From assembly GCF_000023205.1 (NCBI RefSeq), contig NC_012803.1, forward strand, positions 930,001-962,000: 32,000 nt of DNA. The letters are read 5' to 3'. The notes below the pieces were generated by a model, which searched no databases, was not told the DNA's origin, and was given only the letters and a program-made list of their open reading frames with translations. This DNA is from Micrococcus luteus NCTC 2665. GTDB taxonomy: Bacteria; Actinomycetota; Actinomycetes; Actinomycetales; Micrococcaceae. Of this stretch, positions 25,947 to 32,000 are shown in pieces; the first letter of the stretch is position 1, and every line of letters starts with the position of its first letter. The position numbers and the translations under genes were made by a program.

Positions 25947-27200
25947 TCAGGGCGTGCGCAGCCGCGGGGCCGCCTCGGCCAGGCGGCGCATCGCCTCGTC
26001 GATCGCATCCGGGGACTTGCAGAACGCCAGCCGCAGCCACGACCGCAGGTGGCCCCCGTCCGGGCGGCAGAGCGCGCCCACGGGGATGCCGGTGACGCCG
26101 GCCTCACGCGTCCACCGCACCGCGGCCTCGGCCGCGTCCGTCACACCCCACGGGGCCAGGTCCACGACGACGAAGTAGCCCGCCGCCGGGACGACCGGGT
26201 CCAGGCCCGCCTCGCGCAGGCCCGCCACGAGCCGATCCCGGGCGTCGCGGTACCGCTCGCGCTGGCCGGCGAGGTGCCGCTCGGCGTCGTCGGTGGGCAG
26301 GTAGGCACCCAGCGCGCGCTGGAAGGCGGGGCCGGAGGAGTAGGTGAGGAACTGCTTGACGGCGCGCGCGGCCCCGACGAGCTCGGCCGGGCCGGTCAGC
26401 CAGCCGACCTTCCACCCGGTGACGGCGAACGCCTTGCCCGCGCTGGAGACCGTCAGGGCGATGTCCTCGGCGCCCGCGACCGAGCGCAGGCTGACGTGCT
26501 CGCCCTCGTAGACGAGGTGGTCGTAGACCTCGTCCGAGAGGATCAGCACGCCCCGGGACCGGCACAGGGCCACGAGCTCCTCGAGCAGCTCCCGCGGATA
26601 GACCGCACCCGTGGGGTTGTGCGGCGTGTTCACGATGAGCAGGCGCGTGCGGTCGGTGATCGCGTCCGCGACCCGCGCCGGGTCCGGCAGGAAGTCCGGG
26701 GCCTCCACCGGCGCGCTCACGTGCCGGGCGCCGACCAGGGCGATCGTGGCGGCGTGCGAGTCGTAGAACGGCTCGACCGTGACGACCTCGTCGCCCGGGC
26801 GCACGAACGCCAGGACCGCCGCGGCGATGCCCTCGGTGGCACCCGTGGTGATCATGACCTGCGTGGCGGGGTCCTCCGTCACGCCCCAGTGGCGCCGGCG
26901 GTGCTCTGCGACGGCCCGCCGCAGCGCGGGGTCGCCCGTGCCGGGGGCGTACTGGTTGGGGCCCGCCAGCACGGCGTCGGCCGCCAGCCGCAGCAGCGCG
27001 TCGGGGCCGTCGGCGTCGGGGAAGCCCTGGCCGAGGTTCACGGCCCCGTGCTCGACGGCGAGGCCCGTCATCGTCTCGAACACCGTGGGCACGGGGCCGG
27101 CGTCGCCGAGCAGGCCCGCGGCCGCCGCCGTGCGACGCCACGGCGCGTCCACGTCGACGTCGTGCCGTGCTGCTCCGGGGGTGGGCTGGGTTCCGTCCAT
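25947..27200 (-). CDS. Pyridoxal-phosphate-dependent class I aminotransferase (DapC/YbdL-like)
   Basis: From MDGTQPTPGAA, with aminotransferase I/II motifs (NLGQGFPD, NQYAPGTG, NTPHNPTG) and the PLP-lysine context SSAGKAFAVTGWKVGW. The track ORF 25947-28190 over-extends upstream across coaD and galU. Confidence 0.85.
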   Translation of the reverse strand: MDGTQPTPGAARHDVDVDAPWRRTAAAAGLLGDAGPVPTVFETMTGLAVEHGAVNLGQGFPDADGPDALLRLAADAVLAGPNQYAPGTGDPALRRAVAEHRRRHWGVTEDPATQVMITTGATEGIAAAVLAFVRPGDEVVTVEPFYDSHAATIALVGARHVSAPVEAPDFLPDPARVADAITDRTRLLIVNTPHNPTGAVYPRELLEELVALCRSRGVLILSDEVYDHLVYEGEHVSLRSVAGAEDIALTVSSAGKAFAVTGWKVGWLTGPAELVGAARAVKQFLTYSSGPAFQRALGAYLPTDDAERHLAGQRERYRDARDRLVAGLREAGLDPVVPAAGYFVVVDLAPWGVTDAAEAAVRWTREAGVTGIPVGALCRPDGGHLRSWLRLAFCKSPDAIDEAMRRLAEAAPRLRTP

Positions 27201-27206
27201 GGCCGC

Positions 27207-27212
27207 ACTGTA
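27207..27212 (-). promoter_or_regulatory. Candidate -10 box (TACAGT on the minus strand) for a leaderless aminotransferase transcript
   Basis: The minus strand reads TACAGT-GCGGCC-ATG, which puts 6 nt between the hexamer and the start codon, with no SD. Confidence 0.4.
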
Positions 27213-27319
27213 CCCATCGCCGCGGACCGCACACGGCGGCGCACGCCGCGCCCGGCAGGACCGCGACGCGCCGGAGCCGGACCGGACGGGCGTCCGTCGC
27301 CGCTCGGCGCGGCCCCGGC

Positions 27320-27325
27320 TAGACT
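27320..27325 (+). promoter_or_regulatory. Candidate -10 box (TAGACT) for a leaderless coaD transcript
   Basis: TAGACT-GGCACCC-ATG, which puts 7 nt between the hexamer and the start codon, with no SD. Confidence 0.45.
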
Positions 27326-27332
27326 GGCACCC

Positions 27333-27806
27333 ATGCGTCGTGCCGTCTGCCCTGGTTCGTTCGATCCCCTCCACAAGGGGCACGTCGAGGTGATCGCGCG
27401 AGCCGCGAACCTCTTCGAGGAGGTGGTGGTCGCCGTGTCCGCCAACCCGGCCAAGACGTACCGCTTCAGCGTGGACGAGCGCATCGCCATGATCGAGGCG
27501 ACGGTGTCCTCCCTCGCCGGTGTCGCGGTCCGGCCCATGGGCCCGGGCCTGCTGGCCGAGTTCTGCCGGCAGATCGGTGCAGATGCGATCGTCAAGGGGC
27601 TGCGCGGCGGCGCCGACCTCGAGTTCGAGGCCCCGATGGCCGCGATGAACCGCCACCTCACCGGGGTCGAGACGGTCTACCTCCCGGCCGACGCCCGGTA
27701 CACCCACGTGTCCTCCTCGCTCATCAAGGAGGTCCACGGACTCGGCGGCGACGTCGCCGAGTTCGTCCCGGCCGCGGTCCTGCGCGGCCTCGACGGCGGG
27801 GCCTGA
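27333..27806 (+). CDS. coaD: Phosphopantetheine adenylyltransferase
   Basis: From MRRAVCPGSFDPLHKGHVEVI (the nucleotidyltransferase HxGH-type motif), with SSSLIKEV near the C-terminus. Confidence 0.95.
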   Translation: MRRAVCPGSFDPLHKGHVEVIARAANLFEEVVVAVSANPAKTYRFSVDERIAMIEATVSSLAGVAVRPMGPGLLAEFCRQIGADAIVKGLRGGADLEFEAPMAAMNRHLTGVETVYLPADARYTHVSSSLIKEVHGLGGDVAEFVPAAVLRGLDGGA

Positions 27807-27873
27807 CCCCGCCCGGCCCCCCGCGGGCCACCCTTCCGCTCGTCCCACCGCATCAACCGCAGGAGAACCGCCG

Positions 27874-28788
<915 letters not shown>

Positions 28789-28821
28789 GCCGGGCCGGCG
28801 ACGCGCGGGCCGCGGCCGGCT

Positions 28822-28850
28822 TTGGCCGAGGCGGACCCACCCGGTAGGAT
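28822..28850 (+). promoter_or_regulatory. Candidate promoter for the DUF177-rpmF-rnc-mutM operon
   Basis: TTGGCC (28822-28827), a 17-nt spacer, then TAGGAT (28845-28850). This predicts a 5' UTR of roughly 105 nt before the ATG at 28963. Confidence 0.4.
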
Positions 28851-28962
28851 GGGCTGTCGGTCCGTCGTGGCTGGACCCGTGTCCAGGCCGCATCGCATCC
28901 CCGCAGAGGGCGTGCGGACGGGCCGTGTACCCCCGCCGTCCCACCCGCCGAGAGGAGCGACC

Positions 28963-29535
28963 ATGGACAGCATCCAGCACCACGGCGCCGACTCGCCGTG
29001 GGTGATCCCCGTGCGCGATCTGACGCGCGGGGCCGGAGTCCAGCGCGAGCTGACGGCCGAGTGGCCCGCCCCCGCGGGCGTCTCCACGCCGCTGCTGGGG
29101 ATCCCCGAGGGGGACCCCGTCGAACTGGACCTGCGTCTGGAGTCGGTGCACGAGGGCGTCCTCGTCACCGGCACCGCGGACGCGACCCTGAAGGGCGAGT
29201 GCGGCCGTTGCCTGCGCCCGCTGCACGAGGGGATCACCGTGGACCTGCAGGAGCTGTACCTCACCGGCACGTCCGAGGACGACGCCGGCGAGCAGCCGCT
29301 CGTGGTGCGCGAGACCGTGGACCTGGAACCCGTGTTCCGGGACGCCGCGGTCATCGCCCTTCCGTTCCAGCCGCTGTGCCGGCCGGACTGCGAGGGCCTG
29401 TGCGCCGACTGCGGCATCCGCCTCGAGGACGCGCCCGAGGGGCACGCCCACGAGCGCGTGGACCCGCGCTGGGCCGCCCTGGCCCACCTCGCGGGCACCT
29501 CAGAGACCTCCATCACCGAGACAGAAGAGAGATAG
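28963..29535 (+). CDS. YceD-like DUF177 protein (large-ribosomal-subunit RNA accumulation protein family)
   Basis: The SD agaggag lies upstream. The Cys cluster pattern is CGRCLRP...[13 protein letters not shown]. This is the conserved position immediately upstream of rpmF. Confidence 0.8.
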   Translation: MDSIQHHGADSPWVIPVRDLTRGAGVQRELTAEWPAPAGVSTPLLGIPEGDPVELDLRLESVHEGVLVTGTADATLKGECGRCLRPLHEGITVDLQELYLTGTSEDDAGEQPLVVRETVDLEPVFRDAAVIALPFQPLCRPDCEGLCADCGIRLEDAPEGHAHERVDPRWAALAHLAGTSETSITETEER

Positions 29536-29537
29536 TC

Positions 29538-29741
29538 GTGGCAGTCCCGAAGCGGAAGATGTCCCGTGCCAACACCCGTGCCCGCCGGTCGCAGTGGAAG
29601 GCCACCGCGCCCACCCTGGTGAAGTCCGTCGAGAACGGTCGCGTCTCGTACCGCCTGCCCCATCAGGCCGAGCTGAAGACCGACGCCGCCGGCACCCCCC
29701 TGTTCTTGGAGTACAAGGGCCGCAAGGTCGCCGACGCCTGA
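29538..29741 (+). CDS. rpmF: 50S ribosomal protein L32
   Basis: GTG start. The N-terminus [21 protein letters not shown] is the canonical L32 sequence. Confidence 0.95.
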   Translation: MAVPKRKMSRANTRARRSQWKATAPTLVKSVENGRVSYRLPHQAELKTDAAGTPLFLEYKGRKVADA

Positions 29742-29742
29742 G

Positions 29743-30477
29743 ATGGCGTCCCCATCGGCTCGCCGCGGGCCTGAGCCCGCGCCCGAGCCAGAAGAGCTGT
29801 TCGAGCGTCTCGGCGTGCACATCACCGCCGGGACGCTCGAACGTGCTCTGACGCACCGCTCGTTCGCCTATGAGCAGGGCGGGCTGCCCACCAACGAGCG
29901 CCTCGAGTTCCTCGGGGACTCGGTGCTGGGCTACGTGGTCACCGACCACATCTTCACGGTGTACCCGGACCTGGCCGAGGGCGACCTCGCGCGCCGCCGG
30001 GCCGCCGTCGTGTCCACGCGTGCCCTGGCGAAGGTGGCGCGCCGGATCGGCATCGGCCCGTTCGTGCGCCTGGGCACGGGGGAGCGCCGCACCGGCGGGG
30101 CGGACAAGGACTCGATCCTCGCCGACACCCTCGAGGCGCTCATCGGCGCGGTCTACGTGGACCACGGGGCTGTGGCCGCGGCCGCACTCGTGCACCGCCA
30201 CGTGGTGCCGCTGCTGGACGAGCCGGACCTGCTGCGCGAGAGCACCGACTGGAAGACGGTCGTGGCCGAGGCCGCCAGCCGCCACGGTCTCGGCGCCGTC
30301 CGCTACGCGATCGAGGGTCAGGGCCCCGCGCACGATCCCCGCTACCGGGCCACCCTCGTCGTCGGCGAGCGCGAGTACGGCTCCGCCGTCGCCAGCTCCA
30401 AGAAGCAGGCCGAGCGGGACGCCGCGGCCGCCTCATGGCCCGCCCTCGAGGCGGATCTGCCGGCCGCGGGGCGCTGA
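29743..30477 (+). CDS. rnc: Ribonuclease III
   Basis: RNase III signature NERLEFLGDSVLG, followed by a C-terminal dsRBD (SSKKQAERDAAAASW). Confidence 0.95.
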   Translation: MASPSARRGPEPAPEPEELFERLGVHITAGTLERALTHRSFAYEQGGLPTNERLEFLGDSVLGYVVTDHIFTVYPDLAEGDLARRRAAVVSTRALAKVARRIGIGPFVRLGTGERRTGGADKDSILADTLEALIGAVYVDHGAVAAAALVHRHVVPLLDEPDLLRESTDWKTVVAEAASRHGLGAVRYAIEGQGPAHDPRYRATLVVGEREYGSAVASSKKQAERDAAAASWPALEADLPAAGR

Positions 30478-30481
30478 GCCC

Positions 30482-31399
30482 GTGCCGGAGCTGCCCGAGG
30501 CCGAGGTCGTCCGGCGCGGCCTGGCCCGGTGGGCCACGGACGCCGTCGCCGCGGAGCTCGAGGTCCTCGACCCCCGCTCGCTGCGTCGCAGCCCCGGAGG
30601 CGCGGACGCCCTCCGGGAGCGGCTGCGCGGCGCCCGGCTGGCCGAGCCGGCTCGCCGCGGCAAGTTCCTCTGGCTGCCCCTGGCCGAGGGCGACGACGCC
30701 GTCGTCGTGCACCTGGGGATGAGCGGGCAGATCCTCGTGGACGAACCGGGGGCCGCCGACCAGCGTCACCTGCGCCTGCGCCTGCCCGTCACCGCGGCGG
30801 ACGGCTCCGCCCGCGAGCTGCGGTTCGTGGACCAGCGGATCTTCGGCGGCTGGTGGCTCGACGCGCTGCGGCCCGACGACGCCGCCGGGGGCGAGCGGAT
30901 CCCCACCACGGCCGCCCACATCGCCCTGGACCCGCTGCACCCGCTGTTCGACCCCGCGGCCGTGCACGCGCGCCTGGCACGGCGCCGCTCCACCCTCAAG
31001 CGCGCGTTGCTGGACCAGTCGCTGGTCTCCGGGATCGGCAACATCTACGCGGACGAGGCCCTCTGGGGCGCCCGCCTGCACCCCGAGCGCCCGACCGAGC
31101 GCATGCGCCGGGCGGACACGCTGCGCCTCCTGGCGGCCGTCCAGGACGTGATGCGCCGGGCCCTGGAGGTGGGGGGCACGAGCTTCGACGCGCTCTACGT
31201 CAACGTGGACGGGCGATCGGGCTACTTCGCCCGCTCCCTGGCGGCCTACGGGCGCACCGGGCAGCCGTGTCGCCGCTGCGCCGCCGAGGGGGTCGACTCC
31301 CGCATCGTGCGCGAGCCGTTCATGAACCGTGCGAGCCACCTGTGCCCGCGCTGCCAGCCCAGGCCGCGCCGTCGCCGGGCCGCGGCGGCCGACGCCTGA
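30482..31399 (+). CDS. mutM: Formamidopyrimidine-DNA glycosylase
   Basis: The N-terminus (V)PELPEAEVVRRGL is the catalytic Pro2/Glu3 context. H2TH region GIGNIYADEALW and a C-terminal zinc finger CRRC...CPRCQ are present. Confidence 0.95.
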   Translation: MPELPEAEVVRRGLARWATDAVAAELEVLDPRSLRRSPGGADALRERLRGARLAEPARRGKFLWLPLAEGDDAVVVHLGMSGQILVDEPGAADQRHLRLRLPVTAADGSARELRFVDQRIFGGWWLDALRPDDAAGGERIPTTAAHIALDPLHPLFDPAAVHARLARRRSTLKRALLDQSLVSGIGNIYADEALWGARLHPERPTERMRRADTLRLLAAVQDVMRRALEVGGTSFDALYVNVDGRSGYFARSLAAYGRTGQPCRRCAAEGVDSRIVREPFMNRASHLCPRCQPRPRRRRAAAADA

Positions 31400-31410
31400 C
31401 GGGGCGTCCG

Positions 31411-31416
31411 TAGACT
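31411..31416 (+). promoter_or_regulatory. Candidate -10 box (TAGACT) upstream of the second LCP gene
   Basis: TAGACT lies 33 nt upstream of the GTG at 31450. The SD gcaggag falls in the short leader. Confidence 0.3.
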
Positions 31417-31449
31417 GGGCTGACCCCCGACCTCGAGCAGGAGACCCGA

Positions 31450-32000
31450 GTGAGCCATCCCCCGGCCGCGTCCTGGACGCCCGAGCCCCTGCCGCGCCCC
31501 GAGCCCCCGCGCGACGACGCCCCGCCGGTCGCGCGGCGCCGCCGGCGCTGGCCGTGGGTCGTCGGCCTGCTCGCCGTCCTGCTCGCGGCGCTGCTCGGCC
31601 TGGGCGCCTGGTACGCGGGCTCGCTCGGGCGCACCTTCGACGACCACCGGCAGACGGTGGACGTGGGGGCGCTCGAGCAGGCGGCCGGGGACGGCCCGCT
31701 GAACGTGCTCGTCCTGGGCTCCGACTCCCGCGAGGGCGAGGGCGAGCAGGACATGGGCCAGCGCTCGGACACCATGATGCTCGTGCACATCCCCGCGGAC
31801 CGACGCCAGGTCTACGTCATGTCCGTGCTGCGGGATTCGTGGGTCACCGTGCCCGGCCACGGCGAGGCGAAGATCAACTCGGCCTTCGACACGGGCGGCT
31901 ACACCCTCGCCGTGGACACGGTGGAGCTGTTGCTGGGAGTGCCGATCCACCACGTCCTGGAGGTCGACTTCCAGGGCTTCCGGGGCGTGACGAACGCGCT
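31450..32000 (+). CDS. LCP (LytR-CpsA-Psr) family protein, second paralogue, 3'-truncated by the window end
   Basis: My own translation from the GTG at 31450 is open to the window end and absent from the ORF track: VSHPPAASWTPEP...RRRRRWPWVVGLLAVLLAALLGLGAWY (TM helix), then NVLVLGSDSREG, RSDTMMLVHIP, VMSVLRDSWVTVPGHG, KINSAFDTGG and EVDFQGFRG. This parallels the LCP protein at 20799-21923. Confidence 0.8.
   Translation, partial: MSHPPAASWTPEPLPRPEPPRDDAPPVARRRRRWPWVVGLLAVLLAALLGLGAWYAGSLGRTFDDHRQTVDVGALEQAAGDGPLNVLVLGSDSREGEGEQDMGQRSDTMMLVHIPADRRQVYVMSVLRDSWVTVPGHGEAKINSAFDTGGYTLAVDTVELLLGVPIHHVLEVDFQGFRGVTNA

Noticed and set aside
22896-26095. Minus-strand ORF of 737 aa (22896-25109) and plus-strand ORF of 799 aa (23696-26095) overlapping recG and rsmD
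   Set aside because: Both are out-of-frame or antisense shadows of recG, with Arg/Gly/Pro-rich nonsense translations. The recG frame has all the helicase motifs.

Overview
Very GC-rich window (well above 65% by eye, with strong G/C bias at third codon positions). It looks like conserved chromosomal core from a high-GC actinobacterium. The protein sequences look Micrococcales-like, but that is inference only. I call 29 protein-coding genes and 3 tRNAs, mostly housekeeping. In order they are: cstA plus its small DUF466 partner, an FAH-family hydrolase, gltX, a HAD hydrolase, tRNA-Gln/Glu/Glu, two tandem dynamin-like GTPases coupled to thiL, ugd(-), an IclR regulator(-) divergent from leuCD, murA-plsC-gpsA-ddl, a DUF3515 lipoprotein(-), an LCP enzyme, a DAK2 protein, recG, rsmD, an aminotransferase(-), coaD, galU, DUF177-rpmF-rnc-mutM, and a second, 3'-truncated LCP gene. 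Gene order broadly matches the M. tuberculosis Rv2992c-Rv2924c region. I saw no integrase, transposase, cas gene, toxin-antitoxin pair or recognisable defence gene, so I cannot support a clear novel system. Four things deserve a second look. (1) A nested inverted array of five copies of a 21-nt core fills the convergent rsmD/aminotransferase spacer. (2) The translationally coupled GTPase pair has a non-canonical G3 signature, and the first paralogue has lost its G4 motif. (3) A three-copy 11-14-nt motif forms a ~63-nt palindrome after cstA. (4) TANNNT -10 boxes recur 6-9 nt upstream of start codons, which suggests leaderless mRNAs. The many long antisense or out-of-frame ORFs in the track are GC-composition artefacts.
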